Virus genome (UHGV): UHGV-1397781
Source of the DNA: a virus
Direction: 5' to 3' (one strand)
DNA length: 32,449 bases
This document shows positions 1-9,920 of this stretch, piece after piece (the first letter of the stretch is position 1; every line of letters starts with the position of its first letter). Position numbers and translations under genes: made by a program. Below the pieces are notes generated by a model that saw nothing but the letters and a program-made list of their open reading frames with translations, searched no databases and was not told the origin of the DNA.

Positions 1-55
1 ATGCTGGATTGAACATATCAAAATCAGGCAATTACACAAATCTATGTACAGGCTC

Positions 56-110
56 CATTGCTTATCAATTTGTTGCAACGAACAGGTCACTATCAGTCAA
101 AATAAAATCA
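56..110. promoter_or_regulatory. attL P' arm (Int arm-type and IHF binding region); sequence left of ~55 diverges from the canonical lambda core region
   Basis: cattgcttatcaatttgttgcaacgaacaggtcactatcagtcaaaataaaatcattatttgatttc matches my recollection of the lambda attP P' arm; bases 1-55 do not resemble the lambda core GCTTTTTTATACTAA. Confidence 0.5.
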
Positions 111-1181
111 TTATTTGATTTCAATTTTGTCCCACTCCCTGCCTCTGTCATCACGATACTGTGATGCCATGGTGTCCGACTTATGCCCGAGAAGATGTTG
201 AGCAAACTTATCGCTTATCTGCTTCTCATAGAGTCTTGCAGACAAACTGCGCAACTCGTGAAAGGTAGGCGGATCCCCTTCGAAGGAAAGACCTGATGCT
301 TTTCGTGCGCGCATAAAATACCTTGATACTGTGCCGGATGAAAGCGGTTCACGACGAGTAGATGCAATTATGGTTTCTCCGCCAAGAATCTCTTTGCATT
401 TATCAAGTGTTTCCTTCATTGATATCCCGAGAGCATCAACATGCAATGTTGTTGGGATGGCAATTTTTACGCCTGTTTTGCTTTGCTCGACATAAAGATA
501 TCCATCTACGATATCAGACCACTTCATTTCGCATAAATCACCAACTCGTTGCCCGGTAACAACAGCCAGTTCCATTGCAAGTCTGAGCCAACATGGTGAT
601 GATTCTGCTGCTTGATAAATTTTCAGGTATTCGTCAGCCGTAAGTCTTGATCTCCTTACCTCTGATTTTGCTGCGCGAGTGGCAGCGACAGGGTTTGTTG
701 TTATATGGCCTTCAGCTATTGCCTCTCGGAATGCATCGCTCAGTGTTGATCTGATTAACTTGGCTGACGCCGCCTTGCCCTCGTCTATGTATCCATTGAG
801 CATTGCCGCAATTTCTTTTGTGGTGATGTCTTCAAGTGGAGCATCAGGCAGACCCCTCCTTATTGCTTTAATTTTGCTCATGTAATTTATGAGTGTCTTC
901 TGCTTGATTCCTCTGCTGGCCAGGATTTTTTCGTAGCGATCAAGCCATGAATGTAACGTAACGGAATTATCACTGTTGATTCTCGCTGTCAGAGGCTTGT
1001 GTTTGTGTCCTGAAAATAACTCAATGTTGGCCTGTATGGCTTCAGTGATTGCGATTCGCCTGTCTCTGCCTAATCCAAACTCTTTACCCGTCCTTGGGTC
1101 CCTGTAGCAGTAATATCCATTGTTTCTTATATAAAGGTTAGGGGGTAAATCCCGGCGCTCATGACTTCGCCTTCTTCCCAT
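111..1181 (-). CDS. int: Tyrosine site-specific integrase, lambda Int type
   Basis: 356-aa ORF starting MGRRRSHERRDLPPNLYIRNNGYYCYRDPRTGKEF, recognised as lambda Int; ATG at 1179-1181. Confidence 0.97.
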   Translation of the reverse strand: MGRRRSHERRDLPPNLYIRNNGYYCYRDPRTGKEFGLGRDRRIAITEAIQANIELFSGHKHKPLTARINSDNSVTLHSWLDRYEKILASRGIKQKTLINYMSKIKAIRRGLPDAPLEDITTKEIAAMLNGYIDEGKAASAKLIRSTLSDAFREAIAEGHITTNPVAATRAAKSEVRRSRLTADEYLKIYQAAESSPCWLRLAMELAVVTGQRVGDLCEMKWSDIVDGYLYVEQSKTGVKIAIPTTLHVDALGISMKETLDKCKEILGGETIIASTRREPLSSGTVSRYFMRARKASGLSFEGDPPTFHELRSLSARLYEKQISDKFAQHLLGHKSDTMASQYRDDRGREWDKIEIK

Positions 1182-1377
1182 TTCTGATCCTCTTCAAAAG
1201 GCTACCTGTTACTGGTCGATTTAAGTCAACCTTTACCGCTGATTCGTGGAACAGATACTCTCTTCCATCCTTAACCGGAGGAGGGAATATCCTGCACTCG
1301 CGTACCCATCGACGAACTGTTTCAAGGCTTCTTGGGCGTCGCTGGCGTGCGTTCCACTCCTGAAGTGTCAAGTACAT
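1159..1377 (-). CDS. xis: Excisionase
   Basis: 72-aa ORF MYLTLQEWNARQRRPRSLETVRRWVRECRIFPPPVKDGREYLFHESAVKVDLNRP, recognised as lambda Xis; its 3' end overlaps the int start as in lambda. Confidence 0.95.
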   Translation of the reverse strand: MYLTLQEWNARQRRPRSLETVRRWVRECRIFPPPVKDGREYLFHESAVKVDLNRPVTGSLLKRIRNGKKAKS

Positions 1378-1597
1378 CGCAAAGTCTCCGCAATTACACG
1401 CAAGAAAAAACCGCCATCAGGCGGCTTGGTGTTCTTTCAGTTCTTCAATTCGAATATTGGTTACGTCTGCATGTGCTATCTGCGCCCACAGCATCCAGTG
1501 GTCATAGCAGTCGCTGATGTTCTCGGCTTCGATAACTCTGTTGAATGGTTCTCCATTCCATTCACCTGTGACTCGGAAGTGCATTTATCATCTCCAT

Positions 1598-1621
1598 AAA
1601 AAAAACTCGCCGTAGCGAGTT
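1598..1621 (-). terminator. Candidate rho-independent terminator for leftward transcription, between the accessory block and xis
   Basis: Stem aactcgc/gcgagtt with loop cgta at 1604-1621; on the minus strand it is followed by a T-run (plus-strand A-run 1598-1605). Confidence 0.45.
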
Positions 1622-1796
1622 CAGATAAAAGAAATCCCCGCGAGTGCGAGGATAGTTATTCATTGTCGATATTTACATTTATTTCGAATATCTTTACTGG
1701 GTAATCGCCAAAGTCATATATTTTTTATTCTGTTTTATAAGCACTACCAAGTACTGCTTATTACAAATAAGAAAAGGCTGAAAAAAATATTTAAGG

Positions 1797-1814
1797 CCAC
1801 AACTGTGGCCCTAA
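1797..1814 (-). terminator. Candidate terminator hairpin just downstream of the LprI-like gene
   Basis: ggccac-aact-gtggcc hairpin directly after the stop at 1821; the minus strand is T-rich immediately after the stem. Confidence 0.4.
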
Positions 1815-1820
1815 ATTTAC

Positions 1821-2519
1821 TTACGGCACTGCGTTAATCAGATTACAAATACCTCTTTTGGCAGGGTCTGAATTCAACTTCTGAAAATTGGCGTTCAACA
1901 TAGCCGTGTGTAAGTGATTCTCAACCTCAAAGAATAGGTCGATTTTGCCCTCTTTGGCTGCCTGTTTCTTCCAAATATTCACTTGGTCATCAGCAATACG
2001 ACTAGCGCAAGTGAACAAGAACGAACTGCCTCTAGGAATGGATGTCGTGCTGTAATACTCACCATCTACTTCTACATATTTAGCTCGGAATGACTCTAAG
2101 GTTAGCTTATTGCCGTTCTTGACCGACTTAGCTTCTGCCTTACTTGTATCTTCCTGCTCTTTAGAATGTTTCTGCGCCGACGTGGGTATGTCATTGGCCG
2201 CTGTTACGCTGACTGAACTCCCCAAACCTTTGAGGCCATTAATTTGGATAAGATAAGCCAGCTCCAGAGCCTTATTATCAGTGAGTTTTCCACGCATATT
2301 TACCCACTGACGTTGAACCATTTTTAGGGTGTCTGCGTTCTCTGGGTTTCCTTTGAGGGCACTAGAATAGGCAGAGCTAAGCTGTTCGTCTAATTTTGAC
2401 AGACGTTCGTTCTCGCAGATTTTATGTTCGATTGCTGTCGAAGCCTTTTGGCAGTCAAAGCTGGCTGCAAATGCACCCGGCGATGCCACTAACAATGATG
2501 CCAGTAGGATATTTTTCAT
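1821..2519 (-). CDS. Secreted DUF1311/LprI-like protein (signal peptide plus Cys-containing N-terminal domain), accessory gene
   Basis: Start chosen at MKNILLASLLVASPGAFAASFDCQ (ATG 2517-2519) with GGAG Shine-Dalgarno 4-5 nt upstream; hydrophobic signal peptide; pattern FDCQKAS..C..E..L..QL...Y.....QRQW..R resembles the DUF1311/LprI N-terminal domain; an in-frame upstream ATG exists at 2546. Confidence 0.55.
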   Translation of the reverse strand: MKNILLASLLVASPGAFAASFDCQKASTAIEHKICENERLSKLDEQLSSAYSSALKGNPENADTLKMVQRQWVNMRGKLTDNKALELAYLIQINGLKGLGSSVSVTAANDIPTSAQKHSKEQEDTSKAEAKSVKNGNKLTLESFRAKYVEVDGEYYSTTSIPRGSSFLFTCASRIADDQVNIWKKQAAKEGKIDLFFEVENHLHTAMLNANFQKLNSDPAKRGICNLINAVP

Positions 2520-2649
2520 ATTCACTCCATAAATACAAAAGCGCATTACTATAGCACTTAACCGATCGCTTATCTCGCCCGTTCGTCATTCTTATCTAAC
2601 CAGAACATGCGACTGCCACAGCACATGTCGAGGATTGCTGCATGTCCAG

Positions 2650-3198
2650 TCACTGGTTGCCTCCTTTGCGAAGCTGGGCGGCTAACTCATCACATATGTG
2701 CGTCAAAGAGCAAAGTTTGATTGATGGATGTTCGCGCATCATCTCCACCCCCTGCGCCCGTACTTCAGCCAGGAAAGCATCGGTGGCTGGCATATTTCCT
2801 GTTGCCTTCATGGCCTCCAAAATAACCAGAACACCATCTCTCCCAATCTCCTCGCAGATAACCTCGGTGCTGTCGCCAACAACATCGCAGAATTCCTGAA
2901 CTGCTTTACGAGCCAGCTCATTCTCCGCCGCCAGCGCCGAAAACTTCTCGTGTGCCAACTTAACAGCTGCATCAGCCTGCTTAATTGACTCAGTCGCTTT
3001 CTGGTGGTCTTCGGCCAGCCCTGCTAAATCAGCCTCCAGTTCGGCTAGGCGTTCATTTAATGCATCTCGTTCATCCAGTAGAGCCAGCACAACCTGAGGT
3101 GTGACTTTCATACGAAATGCCAGCAATTTTTGAGGTGTTGCTACTGTTTCAATTGCTACTGCCGCCTCACGCAGTGCCTGAGAGTTAATTTCGCTCAC
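2650..3198 (-). CDS. Acidic coiled-coil protein, tentatively Ead/Ea22-like
   Basis: 182-aa ORF in the position lambda uses for ea22; apparent GTG start at 3196-3198 overlapping the upstream stop (GTGA) with GAGAGG Shine-Dalgarno; Leu/Ala/Glu-rich heptad-like stretches. Confidence 0.45.
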   Translation of the reverse strand: MSEINSQALREAAVAIETVATPQKLLAFRMKVTPQVVLALLDERDALNERLAELEADLAGLAEDHQKATESIKQADAAVKLAHEKFSALAAENELARKAVQEFCDVVGDSTEVICEEIGRDGVLVILEAMKATGNMPATDAFLAEVRAQGVEMMREHPSIKLCSLTHICDELAAQLRKGGNQ

Positions 3199-3416
3199 TT
3201 CGAACCTCTCTGTTTACTGATAAGTTCCAGATCCTCCTGGCAACTTGCACAAGTCCGACAACCCTGAACGGCCAAGCGTCTTCGTTCATCTATCGGATCG
3301 CCACACTCACAACAATGAGTGGCAGATATAGCCTGGTGGTTCAGGCGGCGCATTTTTATTGCTGTGTTGCGCTGTAATTCTTCAATTTCTGATGCTGAAT
3401 CAATGATGTCTGCCAT
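3195..3416 (-). CDS. DksA/TraR-family C4 zinc-finger protein
   Basis: 73-aa ORF with C-x2-C ... C-x2-C spacing (CCECGDPIDERRRLAVQGCRTCASC) typical of TraR/DksA zinc fingers. Confidence 0.7.
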   Translation of the reverse strand: MADIIDSASEIEELQRNTAIKMRRLNHQAISATHCCECGDPIDERRRLAVQGCRTCASCQEDLELISKQRGSK

Positions 3417-3514
3417 CTTTCATTAATCCCTGAATTGTTGGTTAATACGCTTGAGGGTGAATGCGAATAATAAAAAAGGAGCCTGTAGCTCCCTGATGAT
3501 TTTGCTTTTCATGT

Positions 3515-3730
3515 TCACCGTTCCTTAAAAACGCCGTTTAACATGCCGATTGCCAGGCTTAAATGAGTCGGTGTGAATCCCATCAGCGTTACCGTTTCGC
3601 GGTGCTTCTTCAGTACGCTACGGCAAATGTCATCGACGTTTTTATCCGGAAACTGCTGTCTGGCTTTTTTGATTTCAGAATTAGCCTGACGGGCAATACT
3701 GCGAAGGGCGTTTTCCTGCTGAGGTGTCAT
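3515..3730 (-). CDS. Small hypothetical protein, tentatively lambda orf61-like
   Basis: Start placed at internal MTPQQENALRSIARQ (ATG 3728-3730); position matches lambda orf61 between orf63 and ea22; assignment is from memory and uncertain. Confidence 0.4.
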   Translation of the reverse strand: MTPQQENALRSIARQANSEIKKARQQFPDKNVDDICRSVLKKHRETVTLMGFTPTHLSLAIGMLNGVFKER

Positions 3731-3806
3731 TGAACAAGTCCCATGTCGGCAAGCATAAGCACACAGAATATGAAGCCCGCTGCCAGAAAAATGCATTCAG
3801 TGGTTG

Positions 3807-3998
3807 TCATACCTGGTCTCTCTCATCTGCTTCTGCTTTCGCCACCATCATTTCCAGCTTTTGTGAAAGGGATGTGGCTAACGTATGAAATTCTTCGTCT
3901 GTTTCTACTGGTATTGGCACAAACCTGACTCCAATTTGAGCAAGGCTATGTGCCATCTCAATACTCGTTCTTAACTCAACAGGAGATGCTTTGTGCAT
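3807..3998 (-). CDS. Lambda orf63-like protein
   Basis: 63-aa [40 protein letters not shown] with GGAG Shine-Dalgarno; synteny with lambda orf63. Confidence 0.55.
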   Translation of the reverse strand: MHKASPVELRTSIEMAHSLAQIGVRFVPIPVETDEEFHTLATSLSQKLEMMVAKAEADERDQV

Positions 3999-4159
3999 AC
4001 CGTCTCCCGTTTATTATTTATCTTCTCAGCCAGCCGCTGTGCTTTCAGTGGATTTCTGATAACAGAAAGGCCGGGAAATACCCAGCCTCGCTTTGTAACG
4101 GAGTAGACGAAAGTGATCGCGCCTACCCGGATATTATCGTGAGGATGCGTCATCGCCAT
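3971..4159 (-). CDS. Lambda orf60a-like protein
   Basis: 62-aa [29 protein letters not shown] immediately upstream of exo, overlapping the orf63 start and the exo end as in lambda; GGGGAG Shine-Dalgarno. Confidence 0.5.
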   Translation of the reverse strand: MAMTHPHDNIRVGAITFVYSVTKRGWVFPGLSVIRNPLKAQRLAEKINNKRETVCTKHLLLS

Positions 4160-4830
4160 TGCTCCCCAAATACAAAACCAATTTCAGCCAGTGCCTCGTC
4201 CATTTTTTCGATGAACTCCGGCACCATCTCGTCAAAACTCGCCATGTACTTTTCATTCCGCTCAATCACGACATAATGCAGGCCTTCACGCTTCATGCGC
4301 GGGTCATAGTTGGCAAAGTACCAGGCATCTTTTCGCGTCACCCACATGCTGTACTGCACCTGGGCCATGTAAGCCGACTTTATGGCCTCGAAACCACCGA
4401 GCCGGAACTTCATGAAATCCCGGGAGGTAAACGGGCATTTCAGCTCAAGGCCGTTGCCGTCACTGCATAAACCATCGGGAGAGCAGGCGGTGCGCATACT
4501 TTCGTCGCGATAGATGATCGGGGATTCAGTAACATTCACGCCGGAAGTAAACTCAAACAGGGCTCTGGCGTCATTCTCGTACTGTTTTCCCCAGGCCAGC
4601 GCCTTAGCGTTAACTTCCGGAGCCACACCGGTGCAAATCTCAGCCAGCAGGGTGTGAAAGTAGGACATTTTCATGTCAGGCCACTTTTTACCGGAGCGGG
4701 GTTTTGCTATCACATTGTGAACTTCTGAAGCCGTGATGACGCCGAGTCGTAATTTGTTCCACGCATCATCTCCCTGTTCGACAGCTCTCACGTCGATCCC
4801 GGTACGCTGCAGGATAATGTCCGGTGTCAT
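4150..4830 (-). CDS. exo: Lambda exonuclease (Red-alpha)
   Basis: 226-aa [27 protein letters not shown]... recognised as lambda Exo; ATGA overlap with the bet stop. Confidence 0.97.
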   Translation of the reverse strand: MTPDIILQRTGIDVRAVEQGDDAWNKLRLGVITASEVHNVIAKPRSGKKWPDMKMSYFHTLLAEICTGVAPEVNAKALAWGKQYENDARALFEFTSGVNVTESPIIYRDESMRTACSPDGLCSDGNGLELKCPFTSRDFMKFRLGGFEAIKSAYMAQVQYSMWVTRKDAWYFANYDPRMKREGLHYVVIERNEKYMASFDEMVPEFIEKMDEALAEIGFVFGEQWR

Positions 4831-5612
4831 GCAGCCACCTTCTGCTCAGAGGCTTTCTGTTTCAGGAATCCAAGAGCTTTCACTGCTTCGGCCTGTGTCA
4901 GTTCTGACGATGCGCGAATGTCGCGGCGAAATATCTGGGAACAGAGCGGCAATAAGTCGTCATCCCATGTTTTATCCAGGGCAATCAGCAGAGTGTTAAT
5001 CTCCTGCATGGTTTCATCGTTAACCGGAGTGATGTCGCGTTCCGGCTGACGTTCTGCAGTGTATGCGGTATTTTCGACAATGCGCTCGGCTTCATCCTTG
5101 TCATAGATACCAGCAAATCCGAAGGCCAGACGGGCACACTGAATCATGGCTTTATGACGTAACATCCGTTTGGGATGCGACTGCCACGGCCCCGTGATTT
5201 CTCTGCCTTCGCGGGTTTTGAATGGTTCGCGGCGGCATTCATCCATCCACTCGGTAACGCAGATCGGATGATTACGGTCCTTGCGGTAAATCCGGCATGT
5301 GCAGGATTCATTGTCCTGCTCAAAGTCCATGCCATCAAACTGCTGGTTTTCATTGATGATACGGGACCAGCCATCAACGCCCACCACCGGAACGATGCCG
5401 TTCTGCTTATCAGGGAAGGCGTAAATTTCTTTCGTCCACGGATTAAGGCCGTACTGGTTGGCGACGATCAACAATGCGATGAACTGCGCATCGCTGGCAT
5501 CACCTTTAAATGCCGTCTGGCGAAGAGTGGTGATCAGTTCCTGTGGGTCGACAGAATCCATGCCGACACGTTCAGCCAGCTTCCCAGCCAGCGTTGCGAG
5601 TGCTGTACTCAT
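4827..5612 (-). CDS. bet: Bet single-strand annealing protein (Red-beta)
   Basis: 261-aa [51 protein letters not shown] recognised as lambda Bet. Confidence 0.97.
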   Translation of the reverse strand: MSTALATLAGKLAERVGMDSVDPQELITTLRQTAFKGDASDAQFIALLIVANQYGLNPWTKEIYAFPDKQNGIVPVVGVDGWSRIINENQQFDGMDFEQDNESCTCRIYRKDRNHPICVTEWMDECRREPFKTREGREITGPWQSHPKRMLRHKAMIQCARLAFGFAGIYDKDEAERIVENTAYTAERQPERDITPVNDETMQEINTLLIALDKTWDDDLLPLCSQIFRRDIRASSELTQAEAVKALGFLKQKASEQKVAA

Positions 5613-5617
5613 CCGTT

Positions 5618-6034
5618 TTATACCTCTGAATCAATATCAACCTGATGGTGAGCAATGGTTTCAACCATGTACCGGATGTGTTCTGCCATGCGCTCCTGAA
5701 ACTCAACATCGTCATCAAACGCACGGGTAATGGCTTTTTTGCTGGCCCCGTGGCGTTGCAAATGATCGATGCATAGCGATTCAAACAGGTGCTGGGGCAG
5801 GCCTTTTTCCATGTCGTCTGCCAGTTCTGCCTCTTTCTCTTCACGGGCGATCTGCTGGTAGTGACGCGCCCAGCTCTGAGCCTCAAGACGATCCTGAATG
5901 TAATAAGCGTTCATGGCTGAACTCCTGAAATAGCTGTGAAAATATCGTCCGCGAAATGCCGGGCTGATTAGAAAAACAGGGAAGGGGGGTAGTGAATGCT
6001 TTTGCTTGATCTCAGTTTCAGTATTAATATCCAT
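5618..6034 (-). CDS. gam: Gam, RecBCD inhibitor
   Basis: 138-aa [64 protein letters not shown] recognised as lambda Gam (long form). Confidence 0.95.
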   Translation of the reverse strand: MDINTETEIKQKHSLPPFPVFLISPAFRGRYFHSYFRSSAMNAYYIQDRLEAQSWARHYQQIAREEKEAELADDMEKGLPQHLFESLCIDHLQRHGASKKAITRAFDDDVEFQERMAEHIRYMVETIAHHQVDIDSEV

Positions 6035-6132
6035 TTTTTATAAGCGTCGACGGCCTCACGAAACATCTTTTCATCGCCAATAAAAGTGGCGATAGTGAAT
6101 TTAGTCTGGATAGCCATAAGTGTTTGATCCAT
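5968..6132 (-). CDS. kil: Kil, host cell-division inhibitor
   Basis: Internal start [34 protein letters not shown] (ATG 6130-6132) inside the 96-aa ORF; overlaps the cIII 3' end by 32 nt and the gam 5' end, as in lambda; exact C-terminal extent relative to lambda is uncertain. Confidence 0.7.
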   Translation of the reverse strand: MDQTLMAIQTKFTIATFIGDEKMFREAVDAYKKWILILKLRSSKSIHYPPSLFF

Positions 6133-6265
6133 TTTTTGGGACTCCTGGCTGATTAAGTATGTCGATAAGGCGTTTCCATCCGTCACGTAATTTACGGGTG
6201 ATTCGTTCAAGTAAAGATTCGGAAGGGCAGCCAGCAACAGGCCACCCTGCAATGGCATATTGCAT
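6101..6265 (-). CDS. cIII: cIII, inhibitor of FtsH-mediated cII degradation
   Basis: Not in the ORF track (under 60 aa). Manual reverse-complement translation from ATG 6263-6265 gives [54 protein letters not shown], stop at 6101-6103. Confidence 0.85.
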   Translation of the reverse strand: MQYAIAGWPVAGCPSESLLERITRKLRDGWKRLIDILNQPGVPKNGSNTYGYPD

Positions 6266-6337
6266 GGTGTGCTCCTTATTTATACATAACGAAAAACGCC
6301 TCGAGTGAAGCGTTATTGGTATGCGGTAACGCCGCGC

Positions 6338-6706
6338 TCAGGCGGCTTTGATAGTCATATCATCTGGATCAAATATTCCTGATGTATCGATATCGGTAAT
6401 TCTTATTCCTTCGCTACCATCCATTGGAGGCCATCCTTCCTGACCATTTCCATCATTCCAGTCGAACTCACACACAACACCATATGCATTTAAGTCGCTT
6501 GAAATTGCTATAAGCAGAGCATGTTGCGCCAGCATGATTAATACAGCATTTAATACAGAGCCGTGTTTATTGAGTCGGTATTCAGAGTCTGACCAGAAAT
6601 TATTAATCTGGTAAAGTTTTTCCTCTGTCATTACGTCATGGTCGATTTCAATTTCTATTGATGCTTTCCAGTCGTAATCAATGATGTATTTTTTGATGTT
6701 TGACAT
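6338..6706 (-). CDS. ea10: Lambda Ea10 protein
   Basis: 122-aa ORF MSNIKKYIIDYDWKASIEIEIDHDVMTEEKLYQINNFWSDSEYRLNKHGSV recognised as lambda Ea10. Confidence 0.85.
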   Translation of the reverse strand: MSNIKKYIIDYDWKASIEIEIDHDVMTEEKLYQINNFWSDSEYRLNKHGSVLNAVLIMLAQHALLIAISSDLNAYGVVCEFDWNDGNGQEGWPPMDGSEGIRITDIDTSGIFDPDDMTIKAA

Positions 6707-6877
6707 CTATTCATATCCTCACAGATAAAAAATCGCCCTCATACTGGAGGGCAAAGAAGATTTCCAATAATCAGAACAAGTCGACTCCTGTTTAGTTACG
6801 AGCGACATTGCTCCGTGTATTCACTCGTTGGAATGAATACACAGTGCAGTGTTTATTCTGTTGTTTGCGTGAAAATG

Positions 6878-6896
6878 AAACCCGCCTGAGCGGGTT
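6878..6896 (-). terminator. Candidate terminator hairpin at the 3' end of the novel AT-rich gene
   Basis: aacccgc-ctga-gcgggtt perfect 7-bp stem overlapping the stop codon; minus-strand sequence after the stem is tcattttcacg. Confidence 0.4.
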
Positions 6897-7764
6897 ATGA
6901 CCACTTTTTGTTTGGATTTCGTTGGTGAGCGTGGTTTACAGGATTATTTGATATACCCCATAACTCTGACTCGCTTATCTCTACACGAGAGAAAGACCTG
7001 CTTTCTTTCAGTTCTTTTATAAACCTAGAACCTACGATGACATCTATTGTCCCAGAAAGTTCTTGTAAAAGATCTTTGTTTTTTCTGAGGAAGAAAACAT
7101 CTTCTTTATATTTAATTTTTACATAGAATTTATTCTGTATTTTTAATATATCAAAGCATGGCAGATATCTATATCCCTCATGCTTTCGCCACTGCTTAAC
7201 AATTATAACATCTCTTTCATTTACTGCATTAATCAGCCCAAGACCAAGTATAGGTATGAATATTCTATTGTCTGCCGAAAGCGTACAATTATTACCACCA
7301 GGCAAATATGTATAAATCATGTCGGAATTTTTATACGCATCAACGAATGCACGTAAGAATCGTACATATTTTTGCCATCCGTTTATACCAAATTTACCAT
7401 ATAAGTATTCTTTATTTGTTAGAAGAAAACTATTTGTATCAGGAGCCTTATCTACAGACCTGTCGATAAGATCTCCAACTACGTTTACAAAGTCAAAGAC
7501 AGAGTTTAATAAGAACAATTGTCTTTCAGTCGGGCGAATTTCAATTATGTAGCCTGGATGAAGACGATATTGCATCTGCTTACGAAGTATGCTGAACGCT
7601 TGGGTCCGGGCATCTGAAAGCAACTTCCTGTCGCCATCGCCGTGAGCATTGTTTCTAATAAAACTGATATAATTTGCTAATTTTTCAGCCTCTTTTTTGT
7701 GTTTTTTTCGCTCTGATGCCGAGTCTATTGGTTTTGGTATGGACTTGTAATCAATTTTCTTCAT
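6895..7764 (-). CDS. Hypothetical 289-aa protein, AT-rich cargo gene at the ral/sieB position; function unknown
   Basis: Long ORF with no lambda counterpart I recognise; start placed at MKKIDYK (ATG 7762-7764) with GAGGT Shine-Dalgarno 5 nt upstream; an alternative ATG at 7774-7776 overlaps the N stop (ATGA); composition visibly more AT-rich than flanking lambda genes. Confidence 0.65.
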   Translation of the reverse strand: MKKIDYKSIPKPIDSASERKKHKKEAEKLANYISFIRNNAHGDGDRKLLSDARTQAFSILRKQMQYRLHPGYIIEIRPTERQLFLLNSVFDFVNVVGDLIDRSVDKAPDTNSFLLTNKEYLYGKFGINGWQKYVRFLRAFVDAYKNSDMIYTYLPGGNNCTLSADNRIFIPILGLGLINAVNERDVIIVKQWRKHEGYRYLPCFDILKIQNKFYVKIKYKEDVFFLRKNKDLLQELSGTIDVIVGSRFIKELKESRSFSRVEISESELWGISNNPVNHAHQRNPNKKWS

Positions 7765-7772
7765 TACGTACC

Positions 7773-8096
7773 TCATGCCAATGGAATGGATTTCCCTTTA
7801 ACCTTTTGTCTTCCTTGACAAGTTATACCGAACTCACTTGGCTTGCTATACCAAACTCGATGATTCTTGCGCTCAATACGTTGCAGGTTGCTTTCAATCT
7901 GTTCGTGGTATTCAGCCAGCACCGTAAGGTCTATCGGATTCAGTGCGCTTTCTACTCGTGATTTCGGTTTGCGATTCAGCGAGAGAATAGGGCGGTTAAC
8001 TGGTTTTGCGCTTACCCCAACCAACAGGGGATTTGCTGCTTTCCATTGAGCCTGTTTCTCTGCGCGACGTTCGCGGCGGCGTGTTTGTGCATCCAT
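7773..8096 (-). CDS. N: Antitermination protein N
   Basis: Internal start MDAQTRRRERRAEKQAQWKAANPLLVGVSAKPVNRPILSLNRKPKSRVESALNPIDLTVLAEYH (ATG 8094-8096), recognised as lambda N. Confidence 0.92.
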   Translation of the reverse strand: MDAQTRRRERRAEKQAQWKAANPLLVGVSAKPVNRPILSLNRKPKSRVESALNPIDLTVLAEYHEQIESNLQRIERKNHRVWYSKPSEFGITCQGRQKVKGKSIPLA

Positions 8097-8254
8097 CTGG
8101 ATTCTCTTGTCAGTTAGCTTTGGTGGTGTGTGTGAGTCGTAGTCCTGAACGAAAACACCCCACGATTGGCTCATTTGCAGCTAATCCGGATTCGCACTTC
8201 CGGCCAATGCTTCGTTTCGTATCACACACCCCAAAGCCTTCTGCTTTGAATGCT

Positions 8255-8284
8255 GCCCTTCTTCAGGGCTTAATTTTTAAGAGC
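8255..8284 (-). promoter_or_regulatory. nutL (boxB hairpin 8255-8269, boxA-like 8276-8284)
   Basis: Minus strand reads ggctcttaaaaattaa-gccctgaagaagggc, matching lambda nutL boxA/boxB with one boxA mismatch. Confidence 0.85.
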
Positions 8285-8330
8285 CTCACCTTCAATGGTG
8301 GTTAGTGCGTCCTGCTGATGGCTTAAAATT

Positions 8331-8398
8331 ACAAGAAAGATTGTATGTTGTAAACAAGAAATATTGTAAAAATGGGCGTGAAAAACAAAATCCATTGT
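8331..8398 (-). promoter_or_regulatory. OL operator cluster of 434 type (OL1 8331-8344, OL2 8354-8367, OL3 8385-8398) with the pL promoter
   Basis: Three 14-bp ACAA-n6-TTGT operators: acaagaaagattgt, acaagaaatattgt, acaaaatccattgt. Confidence 0.8.
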
Positions 8399-8448
8399 TT
8401 TTAAACGGAAAATAGTTTGTTTTTTGGTTGTCGAAATTGAGGTGAGGA

Positions 8449-9801
<1,353 letters not shown>

Positions 9802-9809
9802 GACATTCC

Positions 9810-9841
9810 CGCTCTTACACATTCCAGCCCTGAAAAAGGGC
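9810..9841 (+). promoter_or_regulatory. nutR (boxA 9810-9817, boxB 9827-9841)
   Basis: cgctctta ... gccctgaaaaagggc, the lambda nutR boxA and boxB hairpin. Confidence 0.85.
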
Positions 9842-9920
9842 ATCAAATTAAACCACACCTATGGTGTATGCATTTATTTGCATACATTCAATCAATTGTT
9901 ATCTAAGGAAATACTTACAT

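Noticed and set aside
362-885. Plus-strand ORFs (65 and 68 aa) inside the int gene
   Set aside because: Fully antisense to a confidently identified integrase; no independent support
1246-1599. 117-aa and 61-aa plus-strand ORFs overlapping xis and the xis-proximal intergenic region
   Set aside because: Antisense to recognised xis, no Shine-Dalgarno, no lambda counterpart; most likely chance ORFs
2642-2988. Two plus-strand ORFs (85 and 86 aa) antisense to the Ea22-like gene
   Set aside because: Overlap a better-supported minus-strand gene with coupling to its neighbours; no ribosome-binding site
7319-7961. Plus-strand ORFs antisense to the novel 289-aa gene and to N
   Set aside because: Low-complexity AT-rich translations with no start context; the minus-strand genes are far better supported
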